Source: a virus (taxonomy: Duplodnaviria; Caudoviricetes). Taken from it: a stretch of 50,854 nt of DNA. A program made the translations under genes and the position numbers. Of the stretch, positions 36,605 to 45,670 are shown piece by piece (position 1 is the first letter of the stretch; each line of letters begins with the position of its first letter). Location: the IMG/VR virus record IMGVR_UViG_3300026968_000004, positions 1 through 50,854 of that record; one strand, written 5' to 3'. The notes beneath the pieces were generated by a model. It did not search any database. It was not told the origin of the DNA and saw nothing but the letters and a program-made list of their open reading frames with translations.

Positions 36605-39220
36605 ATGAACAAAAAGCAAAACCAAAAAGTAGGGGATAATTCGACTGCGATACAAGTTAATGGTGATTTGGTTTTACCAAATAACATTGAGGTTCATCTG
36701 GAAAAGAAAGAAATTTGTGATTTTGTATTTACCAATACAAATGATATAATACCAACAAATTATTTTATGGGTAGACAAGATGAGGTAAAAAAGCTAGAAA
36801 ATATGGTTAGAAATAATGAAAGATGTATCAATGTGAGTGGTATGGGAGGTATAGGGAAGACTCATATCTGTAGGTATTTATTTAATAGGTATATAAATCA
36901 AAACAAGGGTAATAAAGAAAACTTAGTTGATTGTGTAGGCTATTTAAGGTATAAAAATTCTATGGATGAGACACTTGTAGAAGGATTGAAATTTGAGAGG
37001 ACTTTCTATGACGTAAAACAAGATACAAGCAGAGCATGGGAAAAAATAAAGAATATTTCTAATAATAAAAAAATGGTATTGTTTATTGATAATGTAAATA
37101 AAACGTTTGATGAAGATGAAAGCCTTAGACAATTATATAATTTAACAGGATCTATAATTATAACTTCAAGATATAAAGAACTTGAAAATTTTATAGATAT
37201 TGAAATTGATAGACTAGATTTAGATTTATGTAGGGAGTTGTTTACAAGTATTTATAAAAGCTATATTGACGACAGTGATAGTTTGATTTATATCTTAGAA
37301 GAGTTAGTAAGTAGACACACTAAAACTGTAGAACTGATAGCCATGATTGCAAAAGATAGAGATTTAAGTATATGTGAACTTAAAAATCTTTTATTAGATA
37401 AGAAATTTAATATTTCTTATCTAAAGGGTAGTGAGAAAATAACCATATATGCTGAATATGAAAAGTTATTTAGTCTATCTAAATTAAATCCAAATACAGA
37501 AATTAATGTACTAGAAGGATTTGCTATATTTCCTTATGAATTTATGGATATTCAGGAATGTAATAATTGGTTCAATAAGGATGCAAACATATCTGATGAG
37601 GTATTAATATTTAATAGATTATATAAAAAAGGATGGTTGGAAAAACATAATAGAAAATACGCAATGCATCCATTAATTTCAGAAATGTTAAGAAATAGAA
37701 GAGTGATGACTAAAAATCATAAGCACTTGATTAAAAGATGTAAAGAGTATATTATAGTTAACCAAAATGATAATGATAAAAATTATAATCCATCTATACA
37801 AAGAAGCATGAAATATTTACATACTGTAGAAATAATAGCCCAAAATATTAAAGGATATGATAAGGATGTTGAATGTAGCCATTTATTTAATGAAATTGGA
37901 GTAGCGTATGGATATAGTGGTGAATATAAAAAAGCTTTAAATTGGTACCAAAAAGCATTGGACATTTATAAAAAAGTATTGGGGGTAGAGCACCCATCAA
38001 CAGTAACCATGTATAATAACATAGGATTAACATATTCAAAAAATGGAGAAAATGGAAAAGCGCTAGAGTGGTACAAAAAGTGCTTGGCTATACATGAAAA
38101 CATATTAGATAATGATTCAACGGTAATAATGTATAATAACATAACATTAGTATATTTGAACAAAGGGGAGTATAAAAAAGCTCTAGAATGGAGCAAAAAA
38201 GCTCTAGATATTTGTGAAAAGGGAGGGGGTAAAGAAAACGGATCAACAGCAATAACTTATAATAATTTAGCAGCAGTATATCTAGGAAAAGGTAAATATA
38301 ATAAAGCGTTAGAGTGGTTTCAAAAAGCTTTGAAGATTAGTGAAAACGTTCTAGGGAAGGACCACCCACAAACAGCGGTGTCGTATAACAACATAGCTAG
38401 GATATATGAAGAAATAGGAGAATTTAAAACAGCGCTAGAGTGGTACCAAAAGGCTTTACATATCCGTGAACAGGTCTTAGGTAAAGAGCACCTAGAAACA
38501 GGAATGACGTATAATGATATGGCAGGATTATATGTAGTAAAAGGTGAATTTAATAAAGCGTTTGAATTGTACCAGAAAGCTTTGGCTATAAATGAACAGG
38601 TGTTGGGGAAAGAGCACCCTTCAACAGCAAGTACATATAACAATATAGCACTAATATATTATTATGAAGGTAAATATGAAAAATCGCTAAAGTGGTATAA
38701 AAAGGCTTTGAATATAAGTGAAAAGGTACTGGGGATAGAACACCCAGAAACAGCAATTATATATGACAACATAGCTGGAGTATACAGCGAAAAAGGACAA
38801 TATGAAAAAGCACTAGAATGGTGCGAAAAGGCTTTGAATATAAGTGAAAAGGTGCTAGGAAAAGAGCACTTAGAAACAGCAACGATATATAAGAACATAG
38901 GATTAATATATTTTGCAAAGAGAAAGTATAAAATAGCACTACAGTGGTATCATAAGAATTTGGAAATTATTAGGAAATTATTTGGTAAAGAGCACATATT
39001 AATTGCTGAGATATATAACAACATAGCATTAGTATTCTTGAAGCAAGGCGAATATAATAAATCACTAGAGTATTACAAATTAGCATTTTTTATAATAAAT
39101 AATAATTATGGCACGAATCATACAGCCACAAAAATAGTGATTGATGATATGAAAAAAGTATATTTATTGTCTGGAAGAAATTCTAGTGATTTTAAAGATT
39201 GGTTAAATAGAGAAGTTTAA
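36605..39220 (+). CDS. NLR-like STAND NTPase (NB-ARC-like) with TPR sensor and N-terminal amyloid-type motif
   Basis: FMGR, GMGGIGKT Walker A, LFIDNV Walker B, IIITSR, MHPL; about ten 42-aa TPRs; N-terminus KQNQKVGDNSTAIQVNGDL. Confidence 0.92.
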   Translation: MNKKQNQKVGDNSTAIQVNGDLVLPNNIEVHLEKKEICDFVFTNTNDIIPTNYFMGRQDEVKKLENMVRNNERCINVSGMGGIGKTHICRYLFNRYINQNKGNKENLVDCVGYLRYKNSMDETLVEGLKFERTFYDVKQDTSRAWEKIKNISNNKKMVLFIDNVNKTFDEDESLRQLYNLTGSIIITSRYKELENFIDIEIDRLDLDLCRELFTSIYKSYIDDSDSLIYILEELVSRHTKTVELIAMIAKDRDLSICELKNLLLDKKFNISYLKGSEKITIYAEYEKLFSLSKLNPNTEINVLEGFAIFPYEFMDIQECNNWFNKDANISDEVLIFNRLYKKGWLEKHNRKYAMHPLISEMLRNRRVMTKNHKHLIKRCKEYIIVNQNDNDKNYNPSIQRSMKYLHTVEIIAQNIKGYDKDVECSHLFNEIGVAYGYSGEYKKALNWYQKALDIYKKVLGVEHPSTVTMYNNIGLTYSKNGENGKALEWYKKCLAIHENILDNDSTVIMYNNITLVYLNKGEYKKALEWSKKALDICEKGGGKENGSTAITYNNLAAVYLGKGKYNKALEWFQKALKISENVLGKDHPQTAVSYNNIARIYEEIGEFKTALEWYQKALHIREQVLGKEHLETGMTYNDMAGLYVVKGEFNKAFELYQKALAINEQVLGKEHPSTASTYNNIALIYYYEGKYEKSLKWYKKALNISEKVLGIEHPETAIIYDNIAGVYSEKGQYEKALEWCEKALNISEKVLGKEHLETATIYKNIGLIYFAKRKYKIALQWYHKNLEIIRKLFGKEHILIAEIYNNIALVFLKQGEYNKSLEYYKLAFFIINNNYGTNHTATKIVIDDMKKVYLLSGRNSSDFKDWLNREV

Positions 39221-39632
39221 TTCTCAAAACTTCATTATCAAATAAAATTGGATTTTAATTTTGAAATTGTACATGATGCTATTAAAGAAGGACATTAGTT
39301 AATTAAAGTTTGTTTGTATCGGTAGATAATAATTTTTTTAGTTTATACTATACTAAAGAAGTTTTAGGACAGATACAAACCTACCTTCTTGGATTTTTAA
39401 AACACTAAATAAATAAATGTGTTTAAATTGATAAAAATATTTTGATTTACTATATGTAGTATAGAAGACTGTTATCTACTATTGTTGACAACTATATATA
39501 GTCTTTAACCTAGAGTAATATTCAATACATAGTAGCTAGTGATATTGACTTAGGATGAATTTTGGTTTAAACTAAACTAAAACTTTTAATTTTATTTAGA
39601 ATAAAGTTATGTAATTATTGGGGGATTGAATA

Positions 39633-39917
39633 ATGAGTAAAGTACGTGTTGAGTTTAGAGTACCAGATTCTTTAAAAAACCCAACTAAGGCAGATGCTTT
39701 TAGATTAGGATTTAATGAAAACAATTTATTGCTTGATTTTGGAACGCAAGAAGAAGGGGATAATGAAGAAGATATTTATGTATCCATTCATAATCGACTT
39801 TCATTACCGATTAAATCTGTTAAAGATATTATTGGAATGCTAATTGATTTATGTCAAACTTATAAAGAAGAATATAATATTGATTTAAAAGTATTTGATG
39901 ACTCTAATTTAGAATAA
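39633..39917 (+). CDS. DUF3467-like protein
   Basis: ADAFRLG...LLLDFG...RLSLP...YKEEY pattern. Confidence 0.55.
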   Translation: MSKVRVEFRVPDSLKNPTKADAFRLGFNENNLLLDFGTQEEGDNEEDIYVSIHNRLSLPIKSVKDIIGMLIDLCQTYKEEYNIDLKVFDDSNLE

Positions 39918-39918
39918 T

Positions 39919-40479
39919 ATGGTTGAGGTGAGAATAATGGAAGCATATAATGTTAATAACTATAATAATATAGTTTATATAGAACCACGACCATTAAACA
40001 ATATAAGAAATACACAGAAGTATATAAATAATATTAATATAGACAGATATAGTAGAAAAGATTTGCATAATTTATCAACACAAATAGTAAAAAACATTAT
40101 TAAATGTTATACTAGAAATGGTAATTATTTAGAATATGTTACTAATGGTATTGCTAAATGGACAAACGAGGTTCTAAATAACAAAAAAGGGTGTATTACC
40201 ATGTTAGAGTGTTGGCAGCAAGAATTAACTACCAAATTAAACAATATTGATGAGATAAATAGAACTATTGTATTCAAAAAATATGATGAATACTATATTT
40301 ATGCTGTAGGAAGTGCTGTAGATGGGGAGTTAATGAGAAAGTGTAATAATATATACTTTGATACATTAGATGAATTTAGCGTAGTTAATATTGTTGAATT
40401 TCTTGCAATTAGTGAGAATGAAGTATCAAATTTTGATATTCCTACCGATGCAGTAGTATTGTCTAAGGGGGATTTATAG
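39919..40479 (+). CDS. Hypothetical protein, C-terminal part possibly a degenerate minimal nucleotidyltransferase-like fold
   Basis: ORF track; coupled to the HEPN gene. Confidence 0.55.
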   Translation: MVEVRIMEAYNVNNYNNIVYIEPRPLNNIRNTQKYINNINIDRYSRKDLHNLSTQIVKNIIKCYTRNGNYLEYVTNGIAKWTNEVLNNKKGCITMLECWQQELTTKLNNIDEINRTIVFKKYDEYYIYAVGSAVDGELMRKCNNIYFDTLDEFSVVNIVEFLAISENEVSNFDIPTDAVVLSKGDL

Positions 40480-40838
40480 TGCCAACCGCTGATGAACATA
40501 TAAAAAAATATGAAAAAAACAAAGAATTACTGAATAAAGAAGTATTTGATATCCATAATACTGGGTACAAAGAATGGGTTGTAACAATTGCATTTTATTC
40601 TGCACTACACTTAGTAGAATATAAGTTTTACAAAGACTCAAAGTTACATACTGGAAATCATAAGGCAAGACTTACTAATGTTAGAATTAATAAAGCTTAT
40701 AGAGATATAAGATCAGATTATAAATATTTATATGATCAAAGTATTAAAGCAAGATATACAGCTGATATAATTAATAAAGATGATACAAAAGAAGCAATTA
40801 AGTCATTACATCGTATAGAAAGTAAAATAATTTCTTAA
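40479..40838 (+). CDS. HEPN-domain protein
   Basis: WVVTIAFYSALHLVE...H..R...YKYLYDQSIKARY; GTG start overlapping the upstream stop. Confidence 0.75.
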   Translation: MPTADEHIKKYEKNKELLNKEVFDIHNTGYKEWVVTIAFYSALHLVEYKFYKDSKLHTGNHKARLTNVRINKAYRDIRSDYKYLYDQSIKARYTADIINKDDTKEAIKSLHRIESKIIS

Positions 40839-40856
40839 TTAATTAAGACAGAATGT

Positions 40857-40880
40857 AAAAGCCTACAAAAGTAGGCTTTT
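40857..40880. terminator. Bidirectional intrinsic terminator
   Basis: AAAAGCCTAC-AAAA-GTAGGCTTTT. Confidence 0.8.
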
Positions 40881-41082
40881 AATAACTATGGATTTGTTTT
40901 AGGTGATTTATTTAATCAAAATAAGGATTATTGGTCTATTTCAATTGCTAGAATTAGTACGATTACAAGAGCTGAATTTTTAAATGAGTTATCATTGATT
41001 GCTAACTTTATATTTAAAAACACATATGTTTTTCCAGTAATTGAAAGATGTGGTTTTAAGCCTATATTATTTGAAGATATTA

Positions 41083-41224
41083 TTTATTGTCTTATAATGA
41101 TTGTGAGTATATAAGAGAGATATATAAATAGTGTAATATAGAAAAAGTTAAAAGACCTCATAATTTGCATACTAAGTATAAAGATAAAGAGCAGATTATA
41201 AAGAATTAATAAATAACAAATTAA
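41083..41224 (+). pseudogene. 3' fragment of dam
   Basis: Close nucleotide copy of 47283-47425 (TCTTATAATGATTGTGAGTATATAAG...AAGTTAAAAGACCTCATAATTT...AAGTATAAAGATAAAGAGCAG) with stop and indels. Confidence 0.9.
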
Positions 41225-41840
41225 TCTATACCTATTTAACTTGGTGTAGGTTTTTTTATTGCATAAAAACAGATAGTTTGATATTATAATATAAGATATT
41301 TTTATGAATTTTAATATATATATTGTATTTAGTATTTAAAAAAATAAAAGTTGATAAAAATTTAGAGTGCAGTGAGAGAATAACACCTGAAATGGTTAAT
41401 GACGTAGAGTTTTTATCAATTTTGCTACGACGCTTGAAGAATAAAACAGTTAGTCCAAAAAAGAAAATAATAAGTAATTTCTAAGAGTCTTATACTTTAA
41501 AAAAAGAGTATATAGACTCTTTTTTTGTTGAATAAACATCAATATTCTGATATTATAAAAGTATATTAGTATAATGTAAGTGATACAATTAATCATAGGT
41601 ACAAATATTGTTTAAGAAGAGAATTAGATTAAACAGATATTAAGTCGTTTATTGATGCTTTTGATTTTAGCTTAAAAGATACCAACGGATACAAAATGAT
41701 GAATATTAAGATATGAATATGAATTTTTACTTGAAGATTATGATAACATTACCTAAATATATAATTCAATCAGTAAAATAACATTATGTATATGTAATAT
41801 ACTAAAAAATATATTTAAAGAAAGCTTAAGGTGATATGAT

Positions 41841-42857
41841 ATGAGAGAAAAAACACCATCAGAAATTATACAGTCTATATTTATACAGTATAAAAAGGAA
41901 TTGATATTTGAAGTACAAAAAGCTGAAACTTTATTGAATATGAAAAGAGTTTCAGATAGTGGAAAAACTTTAGAAATAGCATTAAAAACTTTGTTAACAA
42001 GATTATTGCCAGATTATGTTGGAATTACCAGAGGTATAATTTTTGATAGTGATTGCAATACACACTCAAATGAAATTGATTTAATATTATATGATAAACG
42101 ATACTTCTCAGGATTTGTAGTTGATGATTGGGGAAAAGAGAATCTGTCATATATATCAATTGATACAGTTTTAGGGATTTTATCTGTAAAAAAGACATTA
42201 GATTTATATGCTTTAAAAGATGCAATAAAAAATATTTCAAGCGTATATAAATTATCAAAAAAAAGTGTTGAAAATCAATTCCATTATGATTTAAACTTTG
42301 GAGATTCAATATTATATAAAGAAGGATCTGAACTAAATAAAATATTTTCATGTATTATAGCGTTTAAAAATGATCTCTTCTATAAAAAGCAAAAAGACAA
42401 AGAGATAATTAAAACTGATATTGGAAAACAAAAATACAAAAAGATACTTAGAACTGATACTGAAATACAAAAATATTTTGATGAAAAATCATCAGAAACT
42501 TGGTTTGATGGAATGAATACTGATATTATTTATACATTAGATGGTACTATATTTTTTCCAATGATATTAGATGAGGGACAAAATAAATGGATCAAATCTT
42601 TTAAAATAGATAAATTAGGAGATAAAAAGAATTCGTTAAACCCATATATAGAAAACGATAAAATAAATGTCGATACTCGATTAATCTTAGGTTATACATA
42701 TGATTTTGATAAACCTGAAATATCGTTAGGACAATTTATAGCTTATCTACAATATTATTGTGGACAGTTAGTAAAATCAAGTCCTGATATTTCAAAAATT
42801 TTTAAAAACTATTTAAATAGATCAATTGGGACTATGGTAACCAAAAGAAGGATGTAA
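41841..42857 (+). CDS. DUF6602-like (PD-(D/E)xK nuclease-like) protein
   Basis: SGKTLE...LLP...GIIFD...SNEIDLILYD...VLGILSVKKTL. Confidence 0.7.
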   Translation: MREKTPSEIIQSIFIQYKKELIFEVQKAETLLNMKRVSDSGKTLEIALKTLLTRLLPDYVGITRGIIFDSDCNTHSNEIDLILYDKRYFSGFVVDDWGKENLSYISIDTVLGILSVKKTLDLYALKDAIKNISSVYKLSKKSVENQFHYDLNFGDSILYKEGSELNKIFSCIIAFKNDLFYKKQKDKEIIKTDIGKQKYKKILRTDTEIQKYFDEKSSETWFDGMNTDIIYTLDGTIFFPMILDEGQNKWIKSFKIDKLGDKKNSLNPYIENDKINVDTRLILGYTYDFDKPEISLGQFIAYLQYYCGQLVKSSPDISKIFKNYLNRSIGTMVTKRRM

Positions 42858-43049
42858 TTAATATTAGCTAAGCAATAATTGGCTGACATTATTATTCGGA
42901 GTTGGAAAGTAAGCCAATACCAACAGGAAGTATGACTCTGAGTTTCAGTGGTAATCACGTAAATAAAAAACGATAATAAAACAAAAATAAGTAATCTTTT
43001 TACGATATTGAATAAAAATATAATTATAAATGCAATGGAGGTAACTAAT

Positions 43050-44489
43050 ATGAGCAAGATAGCAATTGAACATCCTAAAGTATTTATCTCTTATGCTTGG
43101 GGTTCAGAGGAATATCAAGCTAAAGTTTTATCATTAGCTACAGATTTAGTAAATGATGGAATTGATGTGCAATTTGATAAATGGTCATTAAAAGAGGGAA
43201 ATGATACATATGCTTTTATGGAAAGGTGTGTTGCGGATACAAGTATTACTAATGTCTTAATTCTTCTGGATGAACAATATTCAATAAAAGCAAACTTACG
43301 GAGTGGGGGAGTAGGAACAGAAACACAAATTATTTCTGCTGAAATTTACAATAAAACTAAACAAGAAAAATTTATACCGATTATATTTGAACGTGGACAG
43401 AATGATGAGGTATATAAGCCTGTTTATCTTAATGGATTACTTCATTTTGATCTATCAATCAGTGAGCGATATGATGATGAATATCAAAGGTTGGTAAAGC
43501 GATTATATGGCATAGAAATTTATCAGAAGCCTGAATTGGGTAAAAAACCGTTATGGCTAGAATCAAAATCTACAGTAAGCACAAAAAAAAGAAGCGCTTA
43601 CAGTGTGTTAAAAACCAACCTGCCTGAAAAAGCTAGAATTGAACAATTTATTTCATTTCTTACCCAGATAAAAGATAAGATAATTGATTATATGAGTGAT
43701 AAAGACTTGAAAAGCTTATCTATGGAGGAATATATTTCAACATATGCAGGTACCAGACCAATACGGGATGAGTTCCTGCAGTTGATAAATTATGTTTCAT
43801 TTGTTAAGGATGGTGAACAGTATATATCTAATATGTTAGAAAATACTCTGAATAATATAAAGATAGAGGATGGGTTATTAAAGGAAATTAAGTTGACACT
43901 AATACATGAATTATTTATTTATGTGATTGCTATTTTCTATAAGCATCAAAACTACGAAGGGTTGGCTTATATTTTTGGAAAGACATACTTTGCTAATGAT
44001 TACTCTGGTAATGCCGGAAATTTTAACATTTTCTATTCTATCAACGAAAAATTGGATAATGCAGTAAGTAAGCGTGATGATAAAAAATATTATTCTGGAA
44101 CGGCACAATTTTGGGTTGAAAACATTGCCACAGAAATTTGTTCTAAAGATGAATTTGTTTTTGCAGATTTATTATGTTATAATTATGCTGTTTTTGGGAA
44201 AGAATATAAGGACTATGGGTTTTGGTTTCCAATAACCTATCCTTATTGTGGGTATGATAAATCTATGATACGAACATTTGCGATTAGATTAAAATCGTTG
44301 GAGCATTTATCAAAGCTTTCGCAAATTTTTGGTTATAATGAAATAAGATCATTAACAACAAGAATCTCAGAGATAGAAGAAAGAATCAAGACAGGAGTAT
44401 CAGAAAGATATAGATATAACACAGCTTTTGATAGTGCCCCTATGATTTGTGATTACATAAAATCAGTAGACTTAGGGACTTTAAAATAA
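43050..44489 (+). CDS. SEFIR/TIR-domain protein (candidate anti-phage)
   Basis: PKVFISYAW...DKWSLKEGND..AFME...KAN.RSGGVGTETQII...KFIPI; ATG at 43050 after GGAGG. Confidence 0.88.
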   Translation: MSKIAIEHPKVFISYAWGSEEYQAKVLSLATDLVNDGIDVQFDKWSLKEGNDTYAFMERCVADTSITNVLILLDEQYSIKANLRSGGVGTETQIISAEIYNKTKQEKFIPIIFERGQNDEVYKPVYLNGLLHFDLSISERYDDEYQRLVKRLYGIEIYQKPELGKKPLWLESKSTVSTKKRSAYSVLKTNLPEKARIEQFISFLTQIKDKIIDYMSDKDLKSLSMEEYISTYAGTRPIRDEFLQLINYVSFVKDGEQYISNMLENTLNNIKIEDGLLKEIKLTLIHELFIYVIAIFYKHQNYEGLAYIFGKTYFANDYSGNAGNFNIFYSINEKLDNAVSKRDDKKYYSGTAQFWVENIATEICSKDEFVFADLLCYNYAVFGKEYKDYGFWFPITYPYCGYDKSMIRTFAIRLKSLEHLSKLSQIFGYNEIRSLTTRISEIEERIKTGVSERYRYNTAFDSAPMICDYIKSVDLGTLK

Positions 44490-44701
44490 TTGTTACAGGA
44501 TATTTTTTGATACAACATTATTATTTATAAGCTATTATTAAACTTTGATAAAGTAGAATATAGGGCTATTATTTTTAATACAAATAAAAGCACTGATTAA
44601 GTACATAGGAGCCTTAACAGGCTCTTTTAATTTGCTTAAAAGCAGAAATATCATTATAATAGTACATAGCTATAATATAAATTACAGTGGAGGATATAGG
44701 T

Positions 44702-44866
44702 ATGGATAAAAATATAATGTGGTTAGCAAAGCGACTAAAAGATATTGCAGCAGACCTTTAGAAACTTACAGAGACAGAAAAAAGAGAGGTTGTTGAAAGA
44801 CTTGACAGTATATCTTATAAAGCATCAAATAAGTTATATAATGTTTTAAATGAGTACATGAAATAA
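44702..44866 (+). pseudogene. Small ORF interrupted by an in-frame TAG
   Basis: GGAGG RBS; MDKNIMWLAKRLKDIAADL*KLTETEKREVVERL...EYMK. Confidence 0.5.
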
Positions 44867-44899
44867 AACAAGTATATAATAGTCTATCTTAAGATAGAC

Positions 44900-45148
44900 T
44901 TAAATTGTATATAAATACCATATACAAGTCTTAAGTTCATATCTAAGTTCGCATTCATATGTTTTATTATTCCATTCAGCTATACAACCGAATATATGTT
45001 GTTGGTTACCAGCAATCTTATTTGTAGTATGATATAGAATTTGAATATGACCATATGTTTTACCTTTAAATTCAAACCTAATAGGTTCAATATTACCTTC
45101 TTTATTACTCCAAGCTAAACAGTTAATCTTATCTAAATACACTTTCAT
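44900..45148 (-). CDS. Small conserved clostridial protein, SOS-box-associated
   Basis: AW..EG...PIRF...KIAGN...F.C...ELRYE...C.WYL pattern; AGGTGA RBS. Confidence 0.75.
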   Translation of the reverse strand: MKVYLDKINCLAWSNKEGNIEPIRFEFKGKTYGHIQILYHTTNKIAGNQQHIFGCIAEWNNKTYECELRYELKTCIWYLYTI

Positions 45149-45175
45149 GTTTTATCACCTGATATTATAATAACG

Positions 45176-45189
45176 CGAACATATATTGG
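45176..45189. promoter_or_regulatory. Imperfect LexA (Cheo) box
   Basis: CGAAC-ATAT-ATTGG upstream of 44900-45148. Confidence 0.5.
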
Positions 45190-45486
45190 TGTAAAGACAA
45201 CGAAAAAAATGCAAAAAACGCAAAGTTAATAACAAGCCAATCATATAAAACGGCTGTTTAATGCCTTAAAAGTGCTAGATAATATAAAAACATTGATTAA
45301 AAACACATAATTCCGTTTACGTATCATACATGGACTTGAATAAATTTGGACTATTGTATTGTTATTTAAAGTGTAAATGATAGATAGTAGATTTTAAATA
45401 TAAAAGATGATACTTATTAAAGATAAAGTTACAAAAAAATATTTATGTGATATAATTAAATAAATATTTATATAAGGAGGTGTCGT

Positions 45487-45669
45487 ATGAATAAATTCAC
45501 ACGATTATTTGAGTTAAAAAGAATTTTAGAATCTAGTAGTAACAGAACGGAAGAGCAAAATGAATTGTTAGAAGAACTTACAGAGATTTTAAAGCCTTAT
45601 CATGAGCAAAAAGATTTTGCACTTTCTATGGGTGGAAAAAGATGTCCTGCATGTGGACGAGCATTGTAA
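45487..45669 (+). CDS. Small protein with C-terminal CPACG knuckle
   Basis: AAGGAGGT RBS; 60 aa. Confidence 0.75.
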   Translation: MNKFTRLFELKRILESSSNRTEEQNELLEELTEILKPYHEQKDFALSMGGKRCPACGRAL

Positions 45670-45670
45670 T

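Noticed and set aside
37870-39110. 126-nt periodic repeats as a possible CRISPR array or DGR
   Set aside because: They are in-frame TPR coding repeats; no cas genes, reverse transcriptase or adenine-specific TR/VR pair seen in the window
40889-41113. About 75-codon open frame before the dam fragment
   Set aside because: No start codon or RBS; probably a remnant of an unidentifiable gene
43050-44489. TIR protein as Thoeris ThsB or a CBASS effector
   Set aside because: No ThsA-like or cyclase gene adjacent; size and motifs fit single-gene SEFIR
44759-44761. In-frame TAG as evidence of stop-codon recoding
   Set aside because: TAG terminates many normal genes here and no suppressor tRNA is present; simple pseudogenisation is more likely
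45602-45670. ORF-track N-terminal extension of the membrane protein
   Set aside because: Overlaps the upstream gene in another frame; ATG at 45671 fits translational coupling
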